Notes: generated by a model from the sequence alone, not told the origin. Positions 1 to 10,461 are shown, numbered from the stretch's first letter. The stretch: 64,000 nucleotides of DNA from Candidatus Omnitrophota bacterium (GCA_041661605.1 JBAZUE010000001.1:159467-223466), one strand, 5' to 3'. Numbers and translations: made by a program.

Positions 1-1
1 G

Positions 2-1144
2 CTTAAAGAAAAGTTTCCCGCTTGTTTTGTTGCTGTTTTTGGTACGCATGTTACGGTTATACACGAAAGCATTATGCAGCAATGCGCATCCATAGACTGC
101 GTAATTAGAAATGAGCCTGAATGGACTGTTTTGGATTTGGTTAAATTTCTACAGGATAAAAACACTAAGTTGCCTGTTTTGGGAGCGACGCTTAGGATTA
201 ATGGCAAAGTTATTGTATATCCTGCCAGAGAATTTAATGAAGACCTGGATTCTTTAGGATATCCTGCCTGGGACTACTTTGATTTAACCAAATATATTCA
301 TCCTGTATTTAACAAGCCGTATCTTATGGTAAATACTTCAAGAGGATGCGGCCATAGTTGCATTTTTTGTGTGGCGTCAATTTTTTATGGCAAGAAGGTG
401 CGCTATAGAACGGTGGAAAGTATTTTAGACGAGATAGAGTATTACTTGATTGGCAAGCTAGGGATCCGTCATATCTGGATGTATGCTGATGATTTTACCA
501 GGTCGCACGAATTTGTTAAAAAACTCTGCCAAGGCATAATAAATAGAAAATTAAAGATCATCTGGTGGACCAATACCCGGGTTGATAACAATGATTCGGA
601 AATGTTCCAGTTAATGAAGAAAGCCGGCTGCTACATGCTTTCCATTGGAGGGGAGAGCGCAAACTCGGAGATATTAAAAATCATCAAAAAAGGAACTAGG
701 CCGGAGCTGATTGAGAAAACGGTAAAGATCTTACGCCAAACCGGTATTAATTCTTTAGTCTATTTTTTAATTGGCCTGCCGGGGGAGACCCGAGATACTA
801 TCAGGGAAACCCTGGATTTTTGCAAGAAAATAAATCCTGATTACGTGGAATTTTATCCGGCTACTCCATATCCGGGGACTGAATTTTTCGATATTGCCAT
901 AAAGCAGAATCTGATGGTAAGCAACAATTGGGATGATTTTTTCTGCGGAGGCAGTGAGTTTGTGGTAGAAATCCCCGGAATTAAAAAAGATGAGCTGGAT
1001 AAAATTTTACGTAAAAGTTATAAAGAGTATTATTTTCGCTTTAAATATTTCATACTGTTTGTAAAGCGTATTACCCAGCCGTTAGAGTTTTTCAGATTAT
1101 TATCATTTGGTCTTGGTTATTTTAAGCGTTTTGTAACTGACTAA
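2..1144 (+). CDS. Class-B (B12-binding-domain) radical SAM protein, 5' end outside window
   Basis: The reading frame is open from nt 2 (LKEKFPACFVAVFGTHVT... precedes the track's Met at 74). CxxxCxxC cluster motif SRGCGHSCIFC. The rest looks like a radical-SAM barrel. Confidence 0.8.
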   Translation, partial: LKEKFPACFVAVFGTHVTVIHESIMQQCASIDCVIRNEPEWTVLDLVKFLQDKNTKLPVLGATLRINGKVIVYPAREFNEDLDSLGYPAWDYFDLTKYIHPVFNKPYLMVNTSRGCGHSCIFCVASIFYGKKVRYRTVESILDEIEYYLIGKLGIRHIWMYADDFTRSHEFVKKLCQGIINRKLKIIWWTNTRVDNNDSEMFQLMKKAGCYMLSIGGESANSEILKIIKKGTRPELIEKTVKILRQTGINSLVYFLIGLPGETRDTIRETLDFCKKINPDYVEFYPATPYPGTEFFDIAIKQNLMVSNNWDDFFCGGSEFVVEIPGIKKDELDKILRKSYKEYYFRFKYFILFVKRITQPLEFFRLLSFGLGYFKRFVTD

Positions 1145-1148
1145 AGAG

Positions 1149-1892
1149 GTGTTTGCTATGATATTTATTTTGTTGCCGGTCTATAACGAGGAAGACAACC
1201 TTCCGACGTTGCTTGAAAGACTGGATAAAGAAATGCGAAAAATAGGATTTTCTTATCGCGTGATTGCTTATGATGATGGAAGTAAGGACACCAGCCTTGC
1301 GATATTGAACAAATATCAAGAATCAATGCCGATTACTGTAATTGGTAAAGAAAAGAATAAGGGGCTGGGTGTTGCTTTAGATTCTTTATTAAAGAAAACA
1401 TTAGAAATGTCTCTTGGCAAAGAAGATATCGCGGTGCTGTTGGATTCCGATGATACTCATAATCCGGAGCATATTTATTCAATGGCGAACAAACTTCAAG
1501 AAGGTTTTGATGTAGTTATTGCTTCCAGGTATCTCCCAGGCAGCAGCGTTGTCGGTGTTACATGGTTTAGGCAGCTTTTTAGTATCGTCGCCTCACTATT
1601 AATGAGGGTACTTTTTCCTATTAAGGGGGTTAAAGACTACACTTGTGGTTATAGGGGGTATTCAATTAACTGCCTTGCGAAAGCTTACGCGAAATTCGGT
1701 GAATGTTTGATTGAAGAAGATAGTTTTGCCTGCATGGCTGAATTAATCATAAAATTACGGAGTATAAATTTAAGAGCGGTTGAGATACCTATTACGTTAC
1801 GTTATGACCAGAAATATGGTAAGAGCAAAATGAATGTAGTTAAAACGATTCAGAGGACTTTGCTAATCTTGTATAAACTTAGAAGAATTTAG
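1149..1892 (+). CDS. GT2 glycosyltransferase (polyprenol-phosphate sugar synthase-like)
   Basis: GTG start. N-terminal ILLPVYNEEDNL and a DDGSKD...DSDD pattern typical of GT-A/GT2. Starts 4 nt after the upstream radical SAM gene. Confidence 0.8.
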   Translation: MFAMIFILLPVYNEEDNLPTLLERLDKEMRKIGFSYRVIAYDDGSKDTSLAILNKYQESMPITVIGKEKNKGLGVALDSLLKKTLEMSLGKEDIAVLLDSDDTHNPEHIYSMANKLQEGFDVVIASRYLPGSSVVGVTWFRQLFSIVASLLMRVLFPIKGVKDYTCGYRGYSINCLAKAYAKFGECLIEEDSFACMAELIIKLRSINLRAVEIPITLRYDQKYGKSKMNVVKTIQRTLLILYKLRRI

Positions 1893-1902
1893 GAGCAATT
1901 TT

Positions 1903-2637
1903 ATGCCGGAACATCATTCTGATTGGTTTGTTTCCCATAGTAATCCTGCTGATATCGGCTCTGATTATGAAGCTAAGGCGCTTAAAAACCATAAATATTA
2001 CGTTAAGGTAAAATCGCTGCACCTATTAAAAAAGGTCGAAGAATTCTATGGGGATTTGAAAAACCTTGATTGCGTTGATCTTGGTTGCGGGACCGCTGAA
2101 ACAGATGAATACTTTCAAGATAAATTCCGCCATATTTTTTGCTGTGATTATTCAGCTGGAATGCTGGAATATGCGGCTAAGAAGAACTTACGAAACGTAA
2201 CATTTAAACTTTGTCAGTCTGAACGCCTGCCATTTGACAATGATAGTGTTGATATTGTGCTGATGTATGGGCTGATCCACCATATTGATACCGGCGAAAA
2301 GATTGTTAAGACTTTTAATGAGGCCAGTCGTATTTTAAAAAAAGGCGGCATAGTCGTGGTGTATGATTTTAATCCACTTAATCCTGTATCGCGTTATATT
2401 GTGAGAAACTGCCCGATTGATTCCGGAGTTAACCTTGATGGGTACAGAAGATCGGTGTTCCCGACAACTTTTTATCTGCCGGAGTTAGTAGAGGAATTAA
2501 AAAACGCGGGGTTTATAATAGGTAGGAAAGAGTTCCTGCTCTTTTTTCCTAAAATTCTTTCTGCCTTGCTTCCTTTGGAACCATTTCTAGCCGGGATTCC
2601 TTTTGGAGGGATGTATTCGGTAATGGGTATTAAATAG
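1903..2637 (+). CDS. Class I SAM-dependent methyltransferase
   Basis: SAM-binding motif I VDLGCGTAE, followed by the LMYGLIHH and KKGG motifs of the Methyltransf_11 type. Confidence 0.8.
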   Translation: MPEHHSDWFVSHSNPADIGSDYEAKALKNHKYYVKVKSLHLLKKVEEFYGDLKNLDCVDLGCGTAETDEYFQDKFRHIFCCDYSAGMLEYAAKKNLRNVTFKLCQSERLPFDNDSVDIVLMYGLIHHIDTGEKIVKTFNEASRILKKGGIVVVYDFNPLNPVSRYIVRNCPIDSGVNLDGYRRSVFPTTFYLPELVEELKNAGFIIGRKEFLLFFPKILSALLPLEPFLAGIPFGGMYSVMGIK

Positions 2638-2665
2638 GTCTATATTAAATAATATCGAGGGCCCA

Positions 2666-3769
2666 ATGAAAAAAATAATTTGCATTTTCGGTACGCGTCC
2701 GGAAGCCATTAAAATGGTGCCGGTGATAAGGGAATTAAGGAAATATCCCGGCCGTTGTAAGGTTACTATTTGTGTTACTGCTCAGCACAGGGAAATGCTG
2801 GATCAAGTTTTGTCTGTTTTTGACCTAAAGCCTGATATCGATTTAAATTTAATGCGGGATAATCAAAGTCTGGAGGAATTAACCGCCGGCAGTATTAAGG
2901 CATTGAGTAAGGTTATAGGAAAAACAAATCCGGATTTGGTTTTAGTGCAGGGAGATACTACCACAGCTATGGCGGCAGCCTTAGCCGCTTTTTACCAAAA
3001 AATCCCTATTGGGCATATTGAAGCGGGATTACGCACTGATAATATATATAATCCATTTCCCGAAGAGGTAAATCGTAAGATTATCAGCATCTTATCAGCT
3101 TACAATTTTGCCCCGACTAAAAAAGCGTGGGAAGCTTTATTGAAGGAAGATATCGACAGAGGAACGATTTTTTTTACCGGTAATACTATCGTGGATGCCT
3201 TAAAAGCAATAATTAGCAAAAAAAATGGCTCCGGTATAAAGGTTTTGCCTCCGTTAAGCAGGGAAAAGATAATTTTAGTCACTGCCCATCGCAGGGAGAA
3301 TTTCGGAAAACCCCTGAAAAATATCTGCCAGGCATTAAAAATAATCGCACAAAGAAATCAGGATATTGAAATTGTCTATCCGGTACATCTTAATCCTAAT
3401 GTTCGGTCAGCGGTTTATGGTATCCTGGATAATTTAAGCGGAGTGCGTCTGTCGGCGCCGCTTGCGTATCCTGAATTTATCGGATTATTGAACCGTTGTT
3501 ATTTAGTGCTTACGGATTCAGGCGGGATACAGGAAGAGGCTTCGGTATTAGGAAAACCCGTATTAGTTTTAAGGAATGAAACCGAGCGGCCTGAAGGGGT
3601 TGCGGCTAAGGTAGCAAAATTAGTTGGAACCGATCCGCAGGTTATTATTGAAAATGTAGAGAGATTGTTGAGTAAACCACGTGAGTATAAGCAAATGTCT
3701 AAAGCATCCGATCTTTACGGTGACGGCAGGGCAGCAGGAAAGATTGTCCGTATTATTTTAGGCATGTAA
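2666..3769 (+). CDS. wecB: UDP-N-acetylglucosamine 2-epimerase (non-hydrolysing)
   Basis: Hallmark N-terminus IFGTRPEAIKMVPV, plus HIEAGLRT, VTAHRREN and TDSGGIQEE motifs. 367 aa. Confidence 0.9.
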   Translation: MKKIICIFGTRPEAIKMVPVIRELRKYPGRCKVTICVTAQHREMLDQVLSVFDLKPDIDLNLMRDNQSLEELTAGSIKALSKVIGKTNPDLVLVQGDTTTAMAAALAAFYQKIPIGHIEAGLRTDNIYNPFPEEVNRKIISILSAYNFAPTKKAWEALLKEDIDRGTIFFTGNTIVDALKAIISKKNGSGIKVLPPLSREKIILVTAHRRENFGKPLKNICQALKIIAQRNQDIEIVYPVHLNPNVRSAVYGILDNLSGVRLSAPLAYPEFIGLLNRCYLVLTDSGGIQEEASVLGKPVLVLRNETERPEGVAAKVAKLVGTDPQVIIENVERLLSKPREYKQMSKASDLYGDGRAAGKIVRIILGM

Positions 3770-3785
3770 TTTTATAGGTTCCTTT

Positions 3786-5219
3786 GTGAAAAAAATAAAA
3801 ATATTATTAATTAATCCGCCTGTTTCCACGGAGGCATTATATGGCAAATTCGCCCGGGGAGGCTCTGATCTTCCGCCATTATCCTTATGTTATATTGCCG
3901 CCTACCTTTTAAAATATAACAAACAAGTCGAGATTCTGGATACGGCTAAGCTGCGATTTTCGGTCGCGGATATAAAAAACAAAATATTAGAATATGGCCC
4001 GGATATTATCGGTTTCTATACCGTTACCCCGTATATAAATACGGTTAAATTTCTGGCTGCTGAAATTAAGGCTATGTGTGCGGACACCCTGGTTATTGCC
4101 GGGGGTCCCCACTTTATAGGAGATCCTGTCAGGGATACTGAAAATTCACAATTAGATATTGTGGTGGTAGGGGAGGGAGAGCAAACTGTTTTAGAAATCA
4201 TTAAGGGGATGGAGCAAGGTAGTATAAATAATTTTCTTACCGATAGTGCTGCCCATATCCGAGGGATTGTTTACCGCAATAATAAGAACGTTTATCGTAC
4301 TTTGCCGCGCGAACCGATCGATGATATTGATACGATTCCTCTGCCTGCCCGGCATTTACTGCCGTCATTGCGTACCTACAAAGTATCCGCTGTTCAATAT
4401 AAGCATCTGCCATCGACAGGCGTTTTGACTGCTCGGGGCTGCCCGTATAAATGTATCTTTTGCGTATGTTCGAACTTAAAGCAAAAGGTGCGTTGTCACA
4501 GCGTGGGTTATGTAATGACTGAAATTGATGAATTAATTCAGCGTTATGGCATTAGGGACGTGGCTTTTTTAGATGATGTATTTACTCTGATCAGTAAAAG
4601 AACCTATGGCCTTTGTGAAGAATTGGCGAAGAGAAGGGGTAAGTTAGTTTGGTCATCTACGGTTAGAATTGGCTCAGTGGATAAAAAAATACTTAAAACG
4701 ATGAAGGATTCTGGGTGCTGGATGGTTTCAGTGGGGATAGAAAGCGGTAATCAGCAAATTCTGGATAAGATAAAGAAACAGATAAAACTTGAACAAGCCG
4801 AAGAGCTAAGTAGCTGGTGTAAAGAAACCGGTTTAATGTTTCATCCTAATTATATCATTGGCCATCCCGGTGAAACTGTCGATACGATCAATCAGACAAT
4901 CAGCTTTGCAAAAAAGCTTTATTCTCATTTTCCGATTTTTACTATCATGACGCCTTATCCGGGCACTGAGCTTTGGGATACCGCGGAACAGTATGGGACT
5001 ATAAACAGAGAAAACTTCAGTGATTTTTCTTTGGGTAGCAATAAACCTTGTTTTATTCCTGCGGGTTTAACGGAAAAATTATTGGTAGATAAAAGAGTGG
5101 AAGCTTACCGTAAGTGTTATCTTAATTTTTCTATGGCGTTACGCCACTTACGGACTATTAGATCGCTTGATGATATAAAACGCATGTTCAACGCTTTAAG
5201 TATTTTAACGGGACTTTGA
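3786..5219 (+). CDS. Class-B (B12-binding-domain) radical SAM protein
   Basis: GTG start. N-terminal Rossmann-like B12-type domain (IIGFYTVTP...VIAGGPHF). CxxxCxxC motif ARGCPYKCIFC. Confidence 0.85.
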   Translation: MKKIKILLINPPVSTEALYGKFARGGSDLPPLSLCYIAAYLLKYNKQVEILDTAKLRFSVADIKNKILEYGPDIIGFYTVTPYINTVKFLAAEIKAMCADTLVIAGGPHFIGDPVRDTENSQLDIVVVGEGEQTVLEIIKGMEQGSINNFLTDSAAHIRGIVYRNNKNVYRTLPREPIDDIDTIPLPARHLLPSLRTYKVSAVQYKHLPSTGVLTARGCPYKCIFCVCSNLKQKVRCHSVGYVMTEIDELIQRYGIRDVAFLDDVFTLISKRTYGLCEELAKRRGKLVWSSTVRIGSVDKKILKTMKDSGCWMVSVGIESGNQQILDKIKKQIKLEQAEELSSWCKETGLMFHPNYIIGHPGETVDTINQTISFAKKLYSHFPIFTIMTPYPGTELWDTAEQYGTINRENFSDFSLGSNKPCFIPAGLTEKLLVDKRVEAYRKCYLNFSMALRHLRTIRSLDDIKRMFNALSILTGL

Positions 5220-5280
5220 TATTTTGTTTTGGATCAATTAAATTTATATCGGGAAATATTAAACTGGAGCCAGTAGTAAA

Positions 5281-6876
5281 ATGGATAAGAGCTTAGTCAT
5301 TCTTTATAGCGTTGGCATAGTGATGGTGGTTGTTCTAAGCCTTGTCTTGCGCTATCTATTCCACCGGTTTAAGGCGAGAATACCGTCAATTCTATTATAC
5401 TCACTCATTGCATCTTCGGTTTATATCTTATTTGCGCAATTATTCAAGTACCTTTCCTTACATTTTTATATCGATTTTTCCTTTTGGGTAATGCTGTTGC
5501 ATAGTATAGCCCAAAGCGGGATACCGTTTAATATGTCTCAGGAATTTCTCTTCCCCGGAACTTGGAATTATTTTTCAGCGCATTTTGTACCGCTAGTCTA
5601 TGCTTTAGCCGTTCCGTTCAAGGTGTTTCCTTATAGCCAGACTATTATTCTCCTGAATTTTATACTGATGGCGTCTGCGGCGATACCTTTATATAAATTG
5701 GCATTCGCCCGGACCAAGAATGCTAAATTTTCATTATTCGCAATAAGCCTGTTGTTGTGGTATCCGACTTTCCAATATATTGTTCTTTATGAGTTTGAAA
5801 TGCTGCGTTTCAGCATCCCTGTAATTTTCTGGATGCTTTATTTTCATGAAACAAATAAAAAAACCCCGTATTTTTGTTTTGTAATTTTATCAATATTGGT
5901 AAGGGAAGAGGTGGGGCTGGCTGTTGGGTTATTTGGTGTTTATTTGGTAATTTTTGGAAAAAAGTATATTAAAGGATTGATTACTGCTTTAGCAGGGTTT
6001 GTGGGATTCCTCCTGATTACTCAAATTTTTATGCCGGGATTGAGAGTTTCGGTTAATCACACCCATGTGGCAAGTGAGTTTTATACGGGCCTGGGAAGTA
6101 ATTTCGGGGAGGTTTTTATGAATATGCTCCGGGATCCCGCCTTGTTTTTACGCAGGGCATTGGGGCCGTTTAAATTAGTGAACATGTTTATGTATTTTCT
6201 GCCGCTATTGTTTATTCCCTTGTTACGCCCTGCAGTTTTAATCAGCATTATTGCTAATTTAATTATAGTGGCCTTAAGCAGTTTTTTTAACCATTGTTCT
6301 TATATGATGTACTATTTATCCCCGGCCGTACCGTTTATTTTCTATGCTTTTATCCAAAGCTGGCCGCGGTTTATTAAATTGCTTAGCCTGGCTAAACCTA
6401 AAGGGAAATCAAGCTTAGAAGAAACCGGCATGGCTATGGTTTTAAGCGCCATGATAGTTACTAATATCTTTTTTGGCCCGTCACCGGTATCATTGCAATT
6501 TTGGTTTAAGAACATTCGGCCGGCTCCTTTTAAGACTCAGGATTTTCATTATACGGTTTATCAGATAACAGAACACAGCAAAGATGCTTTTAAGATGGCC
6601 GGGTTGATACCTGATGAGGCGTTTGTTTCAGCGCAGCACTTTTTGTTTACTTCTTTATATAAAAAGCAAGGGATAATGATATTCCCCAAGACTAAAAGCC
6701 AGGACGGAAAGATCGAGGCAGATTACGTTTTTTTCGATAAGACTAATAATGGTCTGAAAGAAGAAAGCCCCGCTTATCGGAATAAGGCCGAATTTGAAAC
6801 GATAGAATCCGATAAACAAAAATGGGAATTAATAGCTTTTCAAGATGGGTTGTCTCTTTTTAAGCGGAGAAAGTAA
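5281..6876 (+). CDS. Polytopic membrane protein, DUF2079-like (putative GT-C-type glycosyltransferase)
   Basis: At least 10 hydrophobic segments. The FSAHFVPLVYALAVPF...AAIPLYKLA region resembles DUF2079. Soluble C-terminal tail. Confidence 0.5.
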   Translation: MDKSLVILYSVGIVMVVVLSLVLRYLFHRFKARIPSILLYSLIASSVYILFAQLFKYLSLHFYIDFSFWVMLLHSIAQSGIPFNMSQEFLFPGTWNYFSAHFVPLVYALAVPFKVFPYSQTIILLNFILMASAAIPLYKLAFARTKNAKFSLFAISLLLWYPTFQYIVLYEFEMLRFSIPVIFWMLYFHETNKKTPYFCFVILSILVREEVGLAVGLFGVYLVIFGKKYIKGLITALAGFVGFLLITQIFMPGLRVSVNHTHVASEFYTGLGSNFGEVFMNMLRDPALFLRRALGPFKLVNMFMYFLPLLFIPLLRPAVLISIIANLIIVALSSFFNHCSYMMYYLSPAVPFIFYAFIQSWPRFIKLLSLAKPKGKSSLEETGMAMVLSAMIVTNIFFGPSPVSLQFWFKNIRPAPFKTQDFHYTVYQITEHSKDAFKMAGLIPDEAFVSAQHFLFTSLYKKQGIMIFPKTKSQDGKIEADYVFFDKTNNGLKEESPAYRNKAEFETIESDKQKWELIAFQDGLSLFKRRK

Positions 6877-6904
6877 AGATATGTATGATATCGCAGGATA
6901 AATA

Positions 6905-7705
6905 GTGGTATTTAAGAACGATAGGGATAGTTTAAAGAAGGCAATCAGCAGTTTCTTAGATACCGGATTAAACGTACATCTTTACGTAATTGATAATTCT
7001 CCGACTGATAGCTTAAGGAGCCTTTGCGCGGATAAAAATGTGGAGTATGTCTTTAATAATAATAATTTAGGATTTGGCGCTGGGCATAACTTCGCTATAA
7101 ATAAGATGACGGGGCAGACCAAATACTTTTTGATTTTTAACCCGGATGTTTATTTTGGCCCGGGGACACTTGAGAAATTATTCAGTTTCATGGAAAATAA
7201 CAAAGATACCGGTTTAGTAATGCCGAAAGTATTGTATCCGGATGGTTCTTTGCAGTACTTGTGCCGCCTATTGCCCGCTCCGCTTGATTCTTTACTCAGA
7301 AAGGTCGATATTAAGATTTTAAATCCTTTATTTAGAACACGAAAATACCGTTATGAACTAAGGTTTACGGATTACAATCAGTTAATGGATGTGCCATACT
7401 TATCCGGCTGCTTCATGTTTATCAGGACAGAAGTTTTCAGGAAAGCGGGAGTTTTTGATGAGAGATTTTTCCTTTATTTTGAAGATGTAGATCTGTCCAG
7501 AAGGATAAACCAGGTATCTCGCAATGTCTATTTTCCGGAAGCGATAATATACCATGGTTATGAAAGAGGCTCAAACAAGAGTATCCAGCTTTTTGGGCAG
7601 CTTATTCTTTCCGCTATCAGGTATTTTAATAAGTGGGGCTGGTTTTTTGATCGGGAACGGGCATTGGTCAATGCTAAGGCAATGAATAAGCTTGGGAAGT
7701 ATTAA
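6905..7705 (+). CDS. GT2 glycosyltransferase (rhamnosyltransferase-like)
   Basis: YVIDNSPTD, NLGFGAGHN and FFLYFEDVDL motifs. GTG start at 6905 with AGGA 7 nt upstream. An in-frame ATG at 6881 is separated from it by a TAA at 6899 (see findings). Confidence 0.75.
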   Translation: MVFKNDRDSLKKAISSFLDTGLNVHLYVIDNSPTDSLRSLCADKNVEYVFNNNNLGFGAGHNFAINKMTGQTKYFLIFNPDVYFGPGTLEKLFSFMENNKDTGLVMPKVLYPDGSLQYLCRLLPAPLDSLLRKVDIKILNPLFRTRKYRYELRFTDYNQLMDVPYLSGCFMFIRTEVFRKAGVFDERFFLYFEDVDLSRRINQVSRNVYFPEAIIYHGYERGSNKSIQLFGQLILSAIRYFNKWGWFFDRERALVNAKAMNKLGKY

Positions 7706-7863
7706 TGTCGGTAAATAGAATGCTGAAGAATTAATCAGTTTACCGGCTGGGATACTCTCAGAAATTGATAATTTTAATATTAGTACTAATACTATATGCT
7801 GAATGCTATAATACTTAAATTATCATACTGTTATCTTAACATAACCCCATATAAGGAGGGCAT

Positions 7864-9480
7864 GTGAATACCTGCACAATTTCCAGATTAAAAGGGTTGA
7901 GCTTGTGCTTATTTGCAGTTTTACTCGGTATGTTTATTTGTCAGGATATTCCGATTTCACATATCAATTTAACTACGCATACTGTAGGAATGACGACAGA
8001 CCCGATAACCGGCGGGATGACGGCGCATAATAAAACCATAAAAGAGACCTTATTAGATTGCGTGAATATCTTTAAAACTAGGATAGGGGCGTATGACCGG
8101 CCGGTGAGAGATTTAATTTGGAAGGCCAGGTATCATATTTTTGGCATGAATGCCAGCGGGTATCAGTTTATAAGTGTTTTATTTTTCGGATTATTAATCT
8201 GGATGATCTATGCTTTTTGCGAAAGATTTTTCAATTCTTCCATTTTTGGTATTTTAGCTAGCTTGTTTTATATATTTTCTCCGCCATTATGGCAGTTGAT
8301 TCCCTGCCTTGAGGAGATATCTGTTCTGCAAGAGTTGCTTGTGATCGTCCCGTTTTATTTATTCTTAGGTTATTATTTAAAAACAAATACTCAGGCCAAG
8401 GTTAACACGAAAACATTTTTGATTAATAACCTGGCAATATTATTTTTCTCTTTACTGGCGATCCAAACAAAGGGAAGCGCCAAAATAATCCTGCCGGTTT
8501 TATTTACCTTTGTCCTGATCGACGACAGGAAACGGATCAGAAGTTATGTTTGGTTATTTTTAGCTTTAGCGTTAATTTCCGCTCCGGTCTTGGGAAGTAT
8601 ATACAATCTTTTTGCCGGAATAAGCGTACCGCACGAGATACAGCTTGATGCAAGGAAAATATATAAGCTGCTTTTTACTAATCCCGATTATACGCCGATA
8701 TTCGGTTCTTCGCTTTTTTCTTCAGCTACTTTGTTCTTATTAGTGCCGGCCGGACTGGGGATGTTTTTTATGTTTTTTAAAAGGCGATTAACCAAACTTA
8801 ATATTTTTTTCATTGAAGACTTGAGTAAAAAAGTCGCGGAAAAGAGGATCTTAATCTTTGTTTCGCTTTGGTTTATATTCTCGGTGTTGTTATATATCGG
8901 CTATCCTCCCGAAAGCGAGCCAAGGTACCTTAGCAGCTGTCTAGTACCTTTTGCGATGCTTTTGGTGTTTTTTATCAGGTTCCTGTATTTTTCTTTCAAA
9001 AGAAAGTATCGGTATGTCGCCGGTTTAATTATTATTATTTTGTCGGTGATGGCTTTGGCGATGAATGCGCATAAGGTTTATCAGGTCAGGGCAGCCCACT
9101 GGTCATATTCATTCGCCCAGGAAAAGGTCAAGTATTTTATTGAAAAAGAGGAAGCTGCCAGGAACTCAATTATTTACGGCGATGTTGAATTAGTTACCGT
9201 ATCCCAGATTGACTCAACTAATACGTATGTATTAAGAATACCCGGAAATGATGAGCTTAAAGCTACAGCGGATAAAATGGGTAAAGTTTATGTAGTCAAA
9301 TGCTATACCCCGTTGGACCCGGAGAAATACGATAAGAAAATTCAGCTGCTAACAATCATAAACGGTGAAAGCGATACATATTTTGACCGCTTAAAAAACC
9401 TTATTTATAAGAAGCTGACAAGTTTAAAAAAGCCCGCGGTTTACCGGAACTATTATGTTTATAAGCTGGTTAGAGATTAG
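7864..9480 (+). CDS. Polytopic membrane protein, ArnT/PMT-like (GT-C-like) candidate
   Basis: GTG start preceded by AAGGAGGG. Many TM segments followed by a soluble domain of about 120 aa. No precise family recognised. Confidence 0.45.
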   Translation: MNTCTISRLKGLSLCLFAVLLGMFICQDIPISHINLTTHTVGMTTDPITGGMTAHNKTIKETLLDCVNIFKTRIGAYDRPVRDLIWKARYHIFGMNASGYQFISVLFFGLLIWMIYAFCERFFNSSIFGILASLFYIFSPPLWQLIPCLEEISVLQELLVIVPFYLFLGYYLKTNTQAKVNTKTFLINNLAILFFSLLAIQTKGSAKIILPVLFTFVLIDDRKRIRSYVWLFLALALISAPVLGSIYNLFAGISVPHEIQLDARKIYKLLFTNPDYTPIFGSSLFSSATLFLLVPAGLGMFFMFFKRRLTKLNIFFIEDLSKKVAEKRILIFVSLWFIFSVLLYIGYPPESEPRYLSSCLVPFAMLLVFFIRFLYFSFKRKYRYVAGLIIIILSVMALAMNAHKVYQVRAAHWSYSFAQEKVKYFIEKEEAARNSIIYGDVELVTVSQIDSTNTYVLRIPGNDELKATADKMGKVYVVKCYTPLDPEKYDKKIQLLTIINGESDTYFDRLKNLIYKKLTSLKKPAVYRNYYVYKLVRD

Positions 9481-9501
9481 CAGAAGCTAATTAGGGAAGA
9501 A

Positions 9502-10224
9502 ATGACAAAGATTGTTGTGGTAGTGCCCACATATAATGAAAGCGGAAATATCTCAAGTCTCCTGGATTCTCTTTTAGCTTTGCCGTTTGACAAAGACATA
9601 TTAATTATCGATGATAATTCACCCGACGGCACGGCTAAAATAGTAACTCATTTTATGCAGGATTTTAAGAATGTCCATTTGATAAGCAGAAGCCGAAAGC
9701 TTGGCCTTGGCAGCGCCTATATAGAGGGGTTCCGGTTTGCTATAAAGAATGGTTTTGAGCATTGCTTGACTATGGATGCGGATTTTTCGCATGACCCGAA
9801 ATTTATCCCTGACTTATTGGCAAAGAAGTATGAATTTGATATAGTTATAGGATCAAGATATGTAAAAGGCGGGGTGATAAAAAACTGGGGGTTAAGAAGA
9901 AAACTGACTAGCTTTATTGCTAATACGCTAGCCAGGTTGATTCTGGGGGTAAAATGCCAAGACTTTACCGGGGCTTTCAGGCTTTATAGCGTGCGGATCT
10001 TTATTACGCACCCCGGGATTTTAAATATAAATTCTGACGGTTATTCATCTTTGCTGGAGTTGCTTTATAAATGCTCAAAGAAAGGCTGTACTGTAGGTGA
10101 AGCCCCCATTGTTTTTAGTGATAGAAGAGCAGGAGTTTCTAAAATCTCCCGAAAGGAGATTTTAAAAGCTATCCATACGATAATGTCTATCGGCGCAGAA
10201 AGATATTTTGGAAAGAATGGCTAA
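9502..10224 (+). CDS. Polyprenol-monophosphomannose synthase-like GT2 (DPM1/Ppm1 type)
   Basis: VVVPTYNESGNI, IIDDNSPDGT, MDADFSHDP and GSRY motifs characteristic of DPM1-like enzymes. Confidence 0.85.
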   Translation: MTKIVVVVPTYNESGNISSLLDSLLALPFDKDILIIDDNSPDGTAKIVTHFMQDFKNVHLISRSRKLGLGSAYIEGFRFAIKNGFEHCLTMDADFSHDPKFIPDLLAKKYEFDIVIGSRYVKGGVIKNWGLRRKLTSFIANTLARLILGVKCQDFTGAFRLYSVRIFITHPGILNINSDGYSSLLELLYKCSKKGCTVGEAPIVFSDRRAGVSKISRKEILKAIHTIMSIGAERYFGKNG

Positions 10225-10376
10225 AACGTTATTTCCTTTGCATTATTACATAAGGCGATAATCTCATTTATATTCTTATTTTCTTCCGCTTGCCATAGTT
10301 TTCTATTTTCAGAATATTCTGATGCCATTACAAAATTATTGAGAGCGGCTTTATTCTTATCCGGTTATTTGAAAAG

Positions 10377-10404
10377 TTGACATTTTTAGTGGCTGTAGTA
10401 TTAT
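10377..10404 (+). promoter_or_regulatory. Sigma70-like promoter upstream of the WecA-like gene
   Basis: TTGACA (10377-82), 16 nt, TATTAT (10399-404), within the 237-nt intergenic gap. Confidence 0.4.
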
Positions 10405-10413
10405 AAATTTAGC

Positions 10414-10438
10414 TCTTGCAATGAGGGGAGTATTGCAA
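10414..10438 (+). repeat. Possible degenerate relative of the GCAATGA repeat (TTGCAAT/ATTGCAA hairpin)
   Basis: tcTTGCAATgaggggagtATTGCAA lies downstream of a promoter-like TTGACA-16-TATTAT and upstream of the WecA-like gene. Confidence 0.35.
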
Positions 10439-10461
10439 TTATCTATTTTTAAATAAACAAA

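Noticed and set aside
7706-7863. Possible promoter (TGCTATAAT at 7804..7812) or regulatory RNA in the 158-nt gap before the 7864 membrane-protein gene
   Set aside because: There is an extended -10-like match but no convincing -35 element and no conserved structure or repeat. The evidence is too weak to list as a feature.
10221-10328. 35-aa minus-strand ORF (MASEYSENRKLWQAEENKNINEIIALCNNAKEITF) in the 237-nt gap before the WecA-like gene
   Set aside because: It has no Shine-Dalgarno or promoter, shows no recognisable motif and is very short. It was kept only as a note.
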